A DNA stretch of 42,622 nt from the IMG/VR virus record IMGVR_UViG_3300045988_038218, positions 1 to 42,622 of that record, one strand, 5' to 3'. The translations under genes were made by a program, and so were the position numbers. Within the stretch, counting starts at the first letter, position 1. Every line of letters starts with the position of its first letter. This DNA is from a virus. The notes beneath the pieces were generated by a model that was not told the DNA's origin, did no database searches, and saw only the letters and a list, made by a program, of their open reading frames with translations. This document shows, piece after piece, positions 8,916 through 16,976 of this stretch.

Positions 8916-10469
8916 TTAATTGCGCTTTTTGACCCCCCGGCGTTCGTGGCTATATGGTGCAACATTGCCGTCTGCAATTTCCTTTTCGTATATCCCCGTC
9001 AATCCGTCCTCCGGGTCGTCGTGGATGTTAGCGTCAAAGTTGCGCAAAAACGCCGTTACATGGTCGTACACGGCTTTATATCGGGTTTCCCAACCGAACG
9101 GCATTATAACGTGTTGGTTTACCATTGCGGACGCCGTAACAATCCGGCTTTCTTTGTTTCCCCCTTGATAAAACGGGTCGGTCATTGCCCGGATTTTCTT
9201 TTTAATAACCTTTTCGTAACCCGCACCGCCGTTGTTGCTCTCAACCCATACTTTTTGCGTGCTGTTCCGGTTTATCATTGCCGGGACGGTTACGGTTGTT
9301 ACGTCGGTGTTTTCGTCCGTCATTTCCATGTCGGTAATAAGGGCGAACAATAACGGCTCCATGCGCTTTGTTTGTTCGTTGAAAACCATGTTGTCCGACT
9401 TGTATATGTCATACGTGGCGGCAAACAAAAGGTCGTCCCCCTCATCGGCAACATCAATGTATGCGCCGGAACGAATGTACGTGCCGTAATCGGATTTTTC
9501 AACCCACGTTTTGAAAGGTTGGTACAATCGACCCTCGGCGGAACCGGGGTTGCCCTGATACAAGCATTGAAATTGTACCGGGTCTAATGCCTTTTGCGCC
9601 TCCAACTTCAAACGGTTGTGCCGTCCCTCCCATAATGCCGCACCAACGGGGCGGGGGTCTATCTCGGTCGGTTGTCCGGTTTTCAATGCCTCGAAATTGA
9701 TACGCACCCATGCGCCCGGCGGTATATTCTGCAAGTCCGCCCAACACGTTACATCAATGATTATTTCCCCGCTCTTTTCAATCCGTCCAATCAAATCGTC
9801 GTCGTGCCAACGGGTAAAAACAATCAATTCTTGACTATCATTGTGCAAACGGGTTCGTACAACGGTTGTGTACCATTTCCACGCCGCCGCCCGTACTATT
9901 GGGCTGTTACCCTCGGCGTAATCTTTATACACGTCGTCCAATATCGACACGTCAACCGTTTTAGACGTCAACGAACCGCCACGACCAACAACACGCAACG
10001 ACCCCTTACGCCCGACCATTTCGATAACATCGGAATTGCGCAAATAGGTATTTGCCATTGTTACGACGTTCGACCCGTTCAAAAAGGTATCCGGGAACAA
10101 TTCACGATACCGGGGCGTGTCGATTATACGTTGGACGTCCCGGTTAAAATCCCGTGCAATGGTCGCCGCATAGGAACCAATACAAACTTTGGTATCCGGG
10201 TTCAACCCCAACATAAAAGCGGGTAATTTACGGCTTGACCCCTCGGATTTCCCATGTTGCGGCGGTTGCTGTACAATCATCTTTCGTATTTGCCCGTGTG
10301 CGAACATATCCAAAAGGGTATAATAAACGACGTGGAACGGCTCCAATACCAAATCGGGTTGCATATACCGGGCAAAGTTGATAAGGCGTTTACGGGCGGC
10401 GGCTTTAACAAGCAAATCCGGTTGTTGCCGGATTGCGTCGTACATCTGCAATAATTGTTCGTTGTTCAT
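8916..10469 (-). CDS. terL: Terminase large subunit
   Basis: Walker A-like QQPPQHGKSE near the N-terminus; ~517 aa; follows TerS. ATG at 10469 forms an ATGA overlap with the upstream stop. Confidence 0.85.
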   Translation of the reverse strand: MNNEQLLQMYDAIRQQPDLLVKAAARKRLINFARYMQPDLVLEPFHVVYYTLLDMFAHGQIRKMIVQQPPQHGKSEGSSRKLPAFMLGLNPDTKVCIGSYAATIARDFNRDVQRIIDTPRYRELFPDTFLNGSNVVTMANTYLRNSDVIEMVGRKGSLRVVGRGGSLTSKTVDVSILDDVYKDYAEGNSPIVRAAAWKWYTTVVRTRLHNDSQELIVFTRWHDDDLIGRIEKSGEIIIDVTCWADLQNIPPGAWVRINFEALKTGQPTEIDPRPVGAALWEGRHNRLKLEAQKALDPVQFQCLYQGNPGSAEGRLYQPFKTWVEKSDYGTYIRSGAYIDVADEGDDLLFAATYDIYKSDNMVFNEQTKRMEPLLFALITDMEMTDENTDVTTVTVPAMINRNSTQKVWVESNNGGAGYEKVIKKKIRAMTDPFYQGGNKESRIVTASAMVNQHVIMPFGWETRYKAVYDHVTAFLRNFDANIHDDPEDGLTGIYEKEIADGNVAPYSHERRGVKKRN

Positions 10470-10684
10470 TGCTTTGCTCCTTTCTCCCATTTAGAACACG
10501 CCCGGCGACCTCGGACAATGTAATATTGATAATGCGGGCAACGTAAACAAATCGGGTTCCCATTTAAATCCCGGTGTCTATGGTCGTCCGTTATCCATTC
10601 CGAAAAACGGCACGTGTCGCAAATCTCGGTTTGCCATTCCGGTTGCTTGGTTCCCGGACGGGGTGCGGTTACTCTCTTTGCCAT
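10466..10684 (-). CDS. Small Cys-rich (zinc-ribbon-like) protein between TerS and TerL
   Basis: CDTC...CLRCPH motifs; TAATG overlap with TerS and ATGA overlap with TerL. Confidence 0.6.
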   Translation of the reverse strand: MAKRVTAPRPGTKQPEWQTEICDTCRFSEWITDDHRHRDLNGNPICLRCPHYQYYIVRGRRACSKWEKGAKQ

Positions 10685-11349
10685 TATTGCGCCCCTCCTT
10701 TCTCCAACAATGCCTTTTGATATTCGGCGGACTGCAATTTATCAGCCAAAGCAAACAACATATCGTCCGGGATTGCCTTAACATCGTACTTTGGTTTATC
10801 GTCGTCGGTCGTGGCGTTATATCCGGGTATCTCAATTTTAACGGGTGCATCAAACCCTAACATCTTTGCCCTGCGTTGCTGAATGTTCAAAAGCAAATCC
10901 AAAAACCGGGGGTTCCCGGCGGACGTTTCGGTTGCGGTTTCATTGTACCCGTAATATTCCGGGTCGCCGTCCTCGGCATCGGTTTTGATTGGTCGCCCTT
11001 TGTTGGTTTTCTCTTTGGTGCGCATCTTTCCGGTTTTCGACGCCTCCCACGCCTCCCATGCTTGTTGCTCCATCTTATCCAATTTACGCAATTCTTGTGT
11101 AACGTATTCGTCGATATTATCCAACCGTTCCCGTTTCCACTCAATAAGGCATTGTTGCAAATCGTAATAAACCATTTGAAAGGTTATTGTATAACCCATT
11201 CCACGCGCGGACAAATCCCGGTTCAATGCGTCCGCAATTTCCCGGTACGAATACCCACGCAAAAACAAATCGGAACAAAACCGAATGTCGTAAATTCGTT
11301 GTTCCTCGGAACGTTTATTATAGCCTAATGGCTTCTTTCTCTTTTTCAT
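10684..11349 (-). CDS. terS: Terminase small subunit candidate
   Basis: ATG at 11349 (MKKRKKPLGY...). N-terminal HTH-like RGYSYREIADAL, a central coiled-coil and an acidic tail. Located immediately upstream of TerL. Confidence 0.55.
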   Translation of the reverse strand: MKKRKKPLGYNKRSEEQRIYDIRFCSDLFLRGYSYREIADALNRDLSARGMGYTITFQMVYYDLQQCLIEWKRERLDNIDEYVTQELRKLDKMEQQAWEAWEASKTGKMRTKEKTNKGRPIKTDAEDGDPEYYGYNETATETSAGNPRFLDLLLNIQQRRAKMLGFDAPVKIEIPGYNATTDDDKPKYDVKAIPDDMLFALADKLQSAEYQKALLEKGGAQ

Positions 11350-11351
11350 AG

Positions 11352-11864
11352 TCAAACCTCCTTTGCTGTCAAATCGTACTCCCATACATAGCCGCCCGCC
11401 GTTTTATATACTCCTTTACAACATCGGGTAATCGTTATATTTTTTATTCCCGTTTTTCTTTCCGCTTCCCTTATGGATTTATACCGGGCAATTTCGTTTC
11501 CGGCTTTTGAACGTTGTATTACAGCTTTAGCAATTTTATTATGTTTGCCGTTATATGTATTATTATACTGATTATCGCACCACTCCAAATTATTGGCATT
11601 ATTATTAAACTTGTTTTCGTCCTTATGATTTATTTGTTTCCAATTATTTGGATTTGGAATAAATTCCATTGCAACTAATCTATGTACCATTAATGCAGTT
11701 AGTTTGCCGGACTTATATAACCTTACTTGCAAATAGCCCTTACCGCTTACTGTTGGCTTTAGCAACTTACTTTTTCCAGTTCTTCCATAATTGAGGCTTT
11801 TTACATTACCATAATTGGATATTTGGTAATTCTCAAAACCAGATATATCTTTCCAAACTTCCAT
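11352..11864 (-). CDS. NUMOD4 + HNH-type homing endonuclease (paralog 2 of 3), first gene of the late operon
   Basis: MEVWKDISGFENYQISNYGNV, VHRLVAMEFIPNP, INHKDENKFNNNANNLEW, and C-terminal SIREAERKTGIKNITITRCCKG...GGYVW. ATG at 11864. Confidence 0.8.
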   Translation of the reverse strand: MEVWKDISGFENYQISNYGNVKSLNYGRTGKSKLLKPTVSGKGYLQVRLYKSGKLTALMVHRLVAMEFIPNPNNWKQINHKDENKFNNNANNLEWCDNQYNNTYNGKHNKIAKAVIQRSKAGNEIARYKSIREAERKTGIKNITITRCCKGVYKTAGGYVWEYDLTAKEV

Positions 11865-11876
11865 ATCTTTTTTTTG

Positions 11877-11906
11877 CAAAGATAATAAATGTTTTTCATT
11901 TGCAAG
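11877..11906 (-). promoter_or_regulatory. Bacteroidota-type promoter (cTTG-N18-TAtcTTTG) for the late operon
   Basis: caaagata at 11877-11884 gives TATCTTTG on the coding strand; a partial -33 (CTTG) lies 18 nt upstream; about 13 nt before the HNH ATG. Confidence 0.5.
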
Positions 11907-12053
11907 TTATTTGCGGGGAATTTCCATTTTAAGAGACTTTTGTTATTAACTCAATACTTTTATCGTCTTAATGGTTATCTTTCAACCACGGGGCAAATTT
12001 ACGGCTTTTCCGGTGCATTGCCAAACCTTTGTTATCTCATGTACATAAACGGC

Positions 12054-12082
12054 AAAACCCCGGCTTTGTTTCCGGGGCTTTT
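12054..12082 (-). terminator. Rho-independent terminator ending the early region
   Basis: ccccgg (12058-12063) / ccgggg (12072-12077) stem with an 8-nt loop, flanked by A4 and T4. On the coding strand it reads GCCCCGGaaacaaagCCGGGGUUUU, just after the stop at 12087. Confidence 0.7.
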
Positions 12083-12086
12083 ATGC

Positions 12087-12335
12087 CTATTGTCCTATAC
12101 CGTTTTCGTATCTCCCATTTGAGCAACGAAAATAATGTTGCGTTCCACGGGGGTTGCTGTATTCCGTTCCCCCTTTCATTTCCTTTATTGCCAAACATAC
12201 CGGGGCGGGCTTTCCATTTACCGGAAATTCCGGGTTGAAATATCGACACGTTCCGCATATCTTTTCGGGGCGTCGATTATCCGGGGCGCATCCGGTCGGC
12301 ATATTGGGAATTTCCGACGAACATTTATTTTTCAT
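12087..12335 (-). CDS. Small Cys-rich hypothetical protein (82 aa)
   Basis: ATG at 12335 (MKNKCSSE...); CGTC and other Cys pairs; last gene before the terminator. Confidence 0.55.
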   Translation of the reverse strand: MKNKCSSEIPNMPTGCAPDNRRPEKICGTCRYFNPEFPVNGKPAPVCLAIKEMKGGTEYSNPRGTQHYFRCSNGRYENGIGQ

Positions 12336-12816
12336 TGTGTCGCCCTCCTTTCCGTTTATTCTTTCCCCGGCGTTTATCCCGTGGGTTGCGCCGTGGCATT
12401 TCGCCCCGGTGTATTTCAACCGTTGTTCCGGGGAACATTTCGCCGAAAAATTCCGCCATTGCTTCCACTTCTTTTGGCACGTCGAACGCTTCCGGTTTCT
12501 TATATTCCCTTTTACGTTCCGGTTGATTTTCCATTTGGACGGCGGGGCAAACGTAGATAATCGGGCTACCCTTACAAGTGTTCACGGGCTTTGCTTTCTT
12601 TTCACTTTCGCAAATCGCTTTATGTTTCCGGGCGTAATCCGCCGTTCTAAATTCGTGGAAATCGTCCCGGTGTGCGCTTGCACGTGTGAACATTTCCATT
12701 GCTTCAACCGCAATGCGGGCTAAAATAAAATCCGGGGTATCATTAAACGCCTTTTCCATTGAATTGCGGTTTACTACCTCGGCAATCTCATTAATAAATT
12801 GTTCTCTGTTATTCAT
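12325..12816 (-). CDS. Hypothetical protein (163 aa), basic C-terminus
   Basis: ATG at 12816 (MNNREQF...), preceded by the exact motif TAGAGCG. Confidence 0.6.
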   Translation of the reverse strand: MNNREQFINEIAEVVNRNSMEKAFNDTPDFILARIAVEAMEMFTRASAHRDDFHEFRTADYARKHKAICESEKKAKPVNTCKGSPIIYVCPAVQMENQPERKREYKKPEAFDVPKEVEAMAEFFGEMFPGTTVEIHRGEMPRRNPRDKRRGKNKRKGGRHNEK

Positions 12817-12823
12817 CGCTCTA

Positions 12824-13855
12824 TTATTTTTTGGGTTTATATTCTTGGCAACGTAAATTCCCGCACCTTTGTTCAGATTTGAACGCCTCACAATAACCGT
12901 TCCCGTTTACGTCCTCATACATGAAATTGGAACAATCGCCGCAACCTTTGTTCGGTTCGTGCTGGTGTGTCCGTTTATAATTTGGGTCGGTTTGGCGTCC
13001 TTTTACTTTGTCGTATGCCATTTCCAACAAATCCCGTTGCGGTATGCCTAATATTGCGGCGGAATGAAATACGACGGCGTTAAGGTCTGCCAATTCATCA
13101 ATTACGGCGTTCATGCGTCCGGGGTCGTCGAATGTCGGCATTGCGTGTTTTACCGCCTCTTTGTACTCGTTAAATTCTTCCTCCATTTTCCGGCAACGGG
13201 ACGCAATATTTGTTCCGAACAACTCATTAAACAGATTGGCAATTTGAGCAACAACCGGACGGGCGGGTTGCTCCGTGTAATTCTCGGCGGGGTTTTCTTT
13301 TGGTTCAAATTCCCGTTTAAAATCCTTTTCCGGGCGTGCGGTAAATCGTCCGTTCAATTCCCGGATAATATACCAACTTTCCGGCACGTCAACGAATATG
13401 CCGTTGCCATTGGGAAAAGAAAATATTGCTTTGCCGTCCGGTGTGCGGGGCGTTACAACGGTTCCCCCTCCGGTAAACCTCAACACGTCGTCCACATTGT
13501 CCCGGCGAAATTGGATTGCGTCAACCTCTAACAAGGTGCGACAATACCGGGTTCCCGCCGTGGCGTCCGGGGCGTCGTACTCGGTGCGGATTTCGTCCGC
13601 CATGCTTTCGGCGTCGTCAACATAGGCAACATAATATTCTTTGCAATTATCGACGTCGTTTAACATGATTAACCGTTTACCCAATCGCCCCCGGACGGCA
13701 TTTTGCATCGCCGTAACTGTGTCCGGGGAATTATCCCCAATCGGAACGGAAATTTTGTATATGGTTGCGCTTTCCTCAACCGTGGGTTCGACTTTCATAA
13801 TGTCGGCAATCATAACCAACAATTCCCCGTCGAAAGGGGTTAATTTGCTTTTCAT
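12824..13855 (-). CDS. Multidomain fusion: N-terminal unknown domain + small beta-barrel phage domain + MazG-like NTP pyrophosphohydrolase + C-terminal Cys cluster
   Basis: ATG at 13855 (MKSKLTPF...), preceded by TAGAGCG. MazG-like EEEFNEYKEAV...IDELADLNAVVFH. Middle segment VDAIQFRRDNVDDVLRF...GIFVDVPESWYII. Terminal GCGDCSNF...YCEAF...CGNLRCQ. Confidence 0.65.
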   Translation of the reverse strand: MKSKLTPFDGELLVMIADIMKVEPTVEESATIYKISVPIGDNSPDTVTAMQNAVRGRLGKRLIMLNDVDNCKEYYVAYVDDAESMADEIRTEYDAPDATAGTRYCRTLLEVDAIQFRRDNVDDVLRFTGGGTVVTPRTPDGKAIFSFPNGNGIFVDVPESWYIIRELNGRFTARPEKDFKREFEPKENPAENYTEQPARPVVAQIANLFNELFGTNIASRCRKMEEEFNEYKEAVKHAMPTFDDPGRMNAVIDELADLNAVVFHSAAILGIPQRDLLEMAYDKVKGRQTDPNYKRTHQHEPNKGCGDCSNFMYEDVNGNGYCEAFKSEQRCGNLRCQEYKPKK

Positions 13856-13859
13856 CGCT

Positions 13860-14135
13860 CTACTTTTTGAATTTATGAAACAATTGCCGGAAATATATTT
13901 GCTTGCGGTCGCCCCGGCTATAACGGTCGCAATGCCGCCCGGTAAACGGGCAATCGGTTCTTTCAATTTTGCAACGTGCGCATCGGCACGGGAATATAAC
14001 GGGGTTTTGTTCGTGCAATCGTTGTGCCGCTTTCGTCCAAACCTCGGCGATAAGAACGACCCCGTTATATGTGCAACGTTCCCCCGGCTTGTATTCCTTA
14101 TCCGGGTCAAAGGGTTGCGGGTTCTTCACTCTCAT
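13860..14135 (-). CDS. Possible small protein (91 aa); alternative to the TTG-initiated N-terminal extension of ORF 12824..14110
   Basis: ATG at 14135 (MRVKNPQPFDPDKEYKPGERCTYNGVVLIAE...). The stop is TAG at 13862-13860, 4 nt before the MazG-fusion ATG. The C-terminal half is Arg/Cys-rich and less protein-like. Confidence 0.35.
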   Translation of the reverse strand: MRVKNPQPFDPDKEYKPGERCTYNGVVLIAEVWTKAAQRLHEQNPVIFPCRCARCKIERTDCPFTGRHCDRYSRGDRKQIYFRQLFHKFKK

Positions 14136-14406
14136 ATGCGTACTCAAATAGGGCCTCCAAATCCGCCTCCTTCCCCTCAACAGATACACGAACGTTTCTA
14201 CCCCCTGCTAATGCTATTTCAATAATATTACAATTAAATTGCTGAACACTTTTTTGGATAACGCCTGCCACACAATCACTCACAATCCTTGTTTCTATTT
14301 TCATCGCATCATTTTTAAATTGGTAATTCATTATTTCGTCGTCGTTGGCGCTACATGATAGCAACAAAGCAGTTGCCAAAGATAGCAAAATTAACCGGGC
14401 TTTCAT
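14107..14406 (-). CDS. Small secreted lipoprotein (99 aa)
   Basis: MKARLILLSLATALLLSC-S is a signal peptide with a lipobox Cys; ATGA overlap with the upstream gene. Confidence 0.7.
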   Translation of the reverse strand: MKARLILLSLATALLLSCSANDDEIMNYQFKNDAMKIETRIVSDCVAGVIQKSVQQFNCNIIEIALAGGRNVRVSVEGKEADLEALFEYAYESEEPATL

Positions 14407-14657
14407 GGTTTTACCTTTCGTTTAATCCATATAAAGCGGACGCCGACCCCGATAAACAATACTTTCAATTCGACGTCAACAAAACGGTCGTAACCGTTGA
14501 CCGTATCGACGGTAACGCCGGGAACGATAAACCAACTTTTGTATTTCCAATATTCCCGGACGTAAACAGTGACGCCGACCCGCCCGATATGGAACCCGAT
14601 TTGCGCCGTATGTACGTCGCCATTGTTTTGGATAACTCCGATTTCCTTTTTACTCAT
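14403..14657 (-). CDS. Hypothetical protein (84 aa)
   Basis: ATG at 14657; 8-nt overlap with the ASCH gene end; beta-rich composition. Confidence 0.5.
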   Translation of the reverse strand: MSKKEIGVIQNNGDVHTAQIGFHIGRVGVTVYVREYWKYKSWFIVPGVTVDTVNGYDRFVDVELKVLFIGVGVRFIWIKRKVKP

Positions 14658-15159
14658 TGTTTGCCTCCTTTGCTAATTCATAACCTTTTTTATCCATAAC
14701 CATTGCCGTTGGATATTCGACAATAACCCCTTTTGTGTAAATCAAATTGTAAATCCCCAACTGTCCCTTTATTGGGAACTCAACAACCCGGCGGGGGTTG
14801 CGCATCAACCACCCGTAACCCTTTGTAATGTGCTTGCGCTTTTCCTCCGGTATTCGGGTGTTTGCCCAATCTTCCGGGGTAAACTCGGCGACGGGCTTAA
14901 CATCGTACAACTCGCACAAACCCAAAGTAACCCCGTTTCCCAATCCGGCAATTTCCGGTTTGGCAGACGAACAAACCATTATGTCGCCCCGGTATTGGGT
15001 GTTTTTGCTTCGTACCTCTATCGACTTGACGCCGTAAACATTCCCGTCGTCGTCCATGTATGCCGCCGTAACCAAATCGGTTGCGTATGGATTTTTGACG
15101 GTCAAAGCCCGCCAACGGTCGTGTTGGGCGGGGTTGTAATCTTTGTTGTTAAACTGCAT
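14650..15159 (-). CDS. ASCH (PUA-like) domain protein
   Basis: RALTVKNPYATDLV...KSIEVRSKNTQYRGDIMVCSS...GVTLGLCELYDVKP follows the ASCH pattern (ALSIxQPWAxLI...KxxExR...RGxxLIHAS). Confidence 0.65.
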   Translation of the reverse strand: MQFNNKDYNPAQHDRWRALTVKNPYATDLVTAAYMDDDGNVYGVKSIEVRSKNTQYRGDIMVCSSAKPEIAGLGNGVTLGLCELYDVKPVAEFTPEDWANTRIPEEKRKHITKGYGWLMRNPRRVVEFPIKGQLGIYNLIYTKGVIVEYPTAMVMDKKGYELAKEANNE

Positions 15160-15161
15160 TT

Positions 15162-15332
15162 TTATTCCTCCTTTTCGTTATCAATTTCGCCCGGTTCCGG
15201 GTAATGAATGAACCCAATTTGCTGGACGTTTTGGATTGGTTCGTAAATGATAACCGCAACATCGCCGTCCGTCCTTACTCCAACCAATCGACAATCGGCG
15301 GGAACCTCAACCCGGATTTCCTGCGTTTTCAT
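15162..15332 (-). CDS. Hypothetical small protein (56 aa)
   Basis: ATG at 15332 forms an ATGA overlap with the radical SAM stop (15331-15329); MKTQEIRVEV... Confidence 0.5.
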   Translation of the reverse strand: MKTQEIRVEVPADCRLVGVRTDGDVAVIIYEPIQNVQQIGFIHYPEPGEIDNEKEE

Positions 15333-16159
15333 GCGAACAAATCCCAATTTGCGGCGACGCAATAACCGCGCAATGTTTCCCGGTCAATTCCCAACGCCTC
15401 AATAAAACTATCTTTCCAATAAATTCGGGGGTTGTTCTCATGTTCCGCCCAATATTGGGATATGGCATTGAAAAACAACCGGATTTCTTCTTTGGTATAT
15501 TGGCGTTTAACCCCGCTTTGTAAGCCGATTTTAAACCAATCAACAACCGGGTACGCCACTTTGACGACTGCAAACGCCCTATGAAATGCCCCCGACGGGA
15601 TTGGCTCGACACTTGCAAAGGTACGGAACCCGTGCCGCTTTGCCCGTACCAACGCCCCGATACGGTATTGGTTCGGGTCTGCGTTCGGCTCCAATTCGTC
15701 GCACCCGGTCAACGTTGCGCCAATTGCAATGCGGGATTTGTCCCAACCCTCGGACGCCTCGGCAAAGTCAATAAATCGGTCTATCCCGGTTGCGCATTTC
15801 GTAAGTATCTTAACCGGGACGCCGTGCCGTTGGCAAACGCCGACCGCTTGGCGGGTCAATCGTTCGGTTTCCGGCAACAATGGGTCGGTTGTAAATGAAA
15901 AAAACAACCCCGTTTTTTGCAATTCCGGTTTATGCGCCAATAATTCGTTCTTGAATATATCCAAAGCGTATGGCGGTTCTCGCAACGATTTTTTCAACTC
16001 CGGGCGATTCCCGCCCAACACTTTTGCACCCCTGCCTTTTTTCAAATAACAGTACGTGCAACCATTTGAACAACCGACGTAAAAATTGGCGGCGTTCTCT
16101 GCGTATTCTAACGCTTTACCCTTTGGGCTATAAATAACCCGTCCGTTTATCGCTCCCAT
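15329..16159 (-). CDS. Radical SAM protein, SplB/COG1533-like (DNA-repair-photolyase-like family)
   Basis: FYVGCSNGCTYCYL carries the CxxxCxxC cluster in the YxGCxxGCxYC context typical of that family; 276 aa; no C-terminal SPASM-type Cys cluster. Confidence 0.7.
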   Translation of the reverse strand: MGAINGRVIYSPKGKALEYAENAANFYVGCSNGCTYCYLKKGRGAKVLGGNRPELKKSLREPPYALDIFKNELLAHKPELQKTGLFFSFTTDPLLPETERLTRQAVGVCQRHGVPVKILTKCATGIDRFIDFAEASEGWDKSRIAIGATLTGCDELEPNADPNQYRIGALVRAKRHGFRTFASVEPIPSGAFHRAFAVVKVAYPVVDWFKIGLQSGVKRQYTKEEIRLFFNAISQYWAEHENNPRIYWKDSFIEALGIDRETLRGYCVAANWDLFA

Positions 16160-16169
16160 ATCTTAACGG

Positions 16170-16598
16170 TTAAAATGGTAAATCGTCGGGTTGTTCCGGG
16201 GCGGGTGCGTCGGGTGCGGGTGCGTCGGGTGCGGGCGGCGGGGCTTGCGTTCCGGCTCTGGTTGCTTTCGGGGTCAACATTTCCATATTGATTGCGAACA
16301 CCTCGGTAATGTACCGTTTAACGCCGTTGGCATCGTCATAACTCCGGGTTCTTAATTCGCCCTCAATATATAGTTTGTCGCCCTTTTTGATATACTGATT
16401 GGCGACTTTTGCCAACCCGTTTTGCAAAACGACGTTATGCCATTCGGTACGCTCCGGGATTTGTTTCCCATCCTTTGTTGTAAAGCCTCGTTTTGAGGTT
16501 GCCAACGAAAAGGTCGCCACACAACCGCCGTTGTCGAACTCTTTAAATACCGGGTCATTCCCTGTATTTCCCAATAATGTAACTTTGTTTACACTCAT
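16170..16598 (-). CDS. ssb: Single-stranded DNA-binding protein
   Basis: MSVNKVTLLGNTGNDP...TEWHNVV...LYIEGELRTRSY OB-fold pattern, a Pro/Ala linker and the canonical acidic DDLPF tail. Confidence 0.92.
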   Translation of the reverse strand: MSVNKVTLLGNTGNDPVFKEFDNGGCVATFSLATSKRGFTTKDGKQIPERTEWHNVVLQNGLAKVANQYIKKGDKLYIEGELRTRSYDDANGVKRYITEVFAINMEMLTPKATRAGTQAPPPAPDAPAPDAPAPEQPDDLPF

Positions 16599-16604
16599 TT
16601 TTTT

Positions 16605-16976
16605 TTAGTTTTTTAATTTGATTCCGTCAAACAGATATTCCCGTTTGTTATCCGACCAACCCGCCGCCGCATTCAACGCCCGGCGGTCGTCGTCGTGTAC
16701 AAACTCGCAATACCATGAATTACCGCCCAAATCGGATTTTTCTTTGAGGCGTACCAACTTACCCACAATATACCGGGCAAATTTGGCGTATCCGCTTGTT
16801 TCTGATATATGGATAATGCGACGTTCGGCATTTATTTTCGGCAAATCTTCGATTTCCGGGCGTTTTTCCTCTTTCGGGTATGTTTGTACCCTTTGAAAAT
16901 CTCGTTTAACAGACGACCGGGAAATTGCCCCAAAATCGGTTGTTCTCTTTTTGGTTCTCATTTTTTGTATCTCCAT
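16605..16976 (-). CDS. Hypothetical protein (118-123 aa)
   Basis: ATGs at 16976 and 16961. The latter forms an ATGA overlap with the HNH paralog 3 stop. Confidence 0.55.
   Translation of the reverse strand: MEIQKMRTKKRTTDFGAISRSSVKRDFQRVQTYPKEEKRPEIEDLPKINAERRIIHISETSGYAKFARYIVGKLVRLKEKSDLGGNSWYCEFVHDDDRRALNAAAGWSDNKREYLFDGIKLKN

Noticed and set aside
15162-16159. The radical SAM gene plus the coupled 56-aa ORF as a RiPP maturase-precursor pair
   Set aside because: The enzyme has no C-terminal SPASM/twitch Cys cluster. The peptide has a single Cys and no leader-core features. The CxxxCxxC context resembles the SplB/COG1533 family instead.
16180-16260. Short tandem DNA repeat (gggtgcgtcgggtgcgg units) in ssb, and the Ala/Lys/Glu tract at about 5790-6010
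   Set aside because: These are coding low-complexity linkers (PDAPAPDAPAP; AKAEEKA-type) and need no further explanation.
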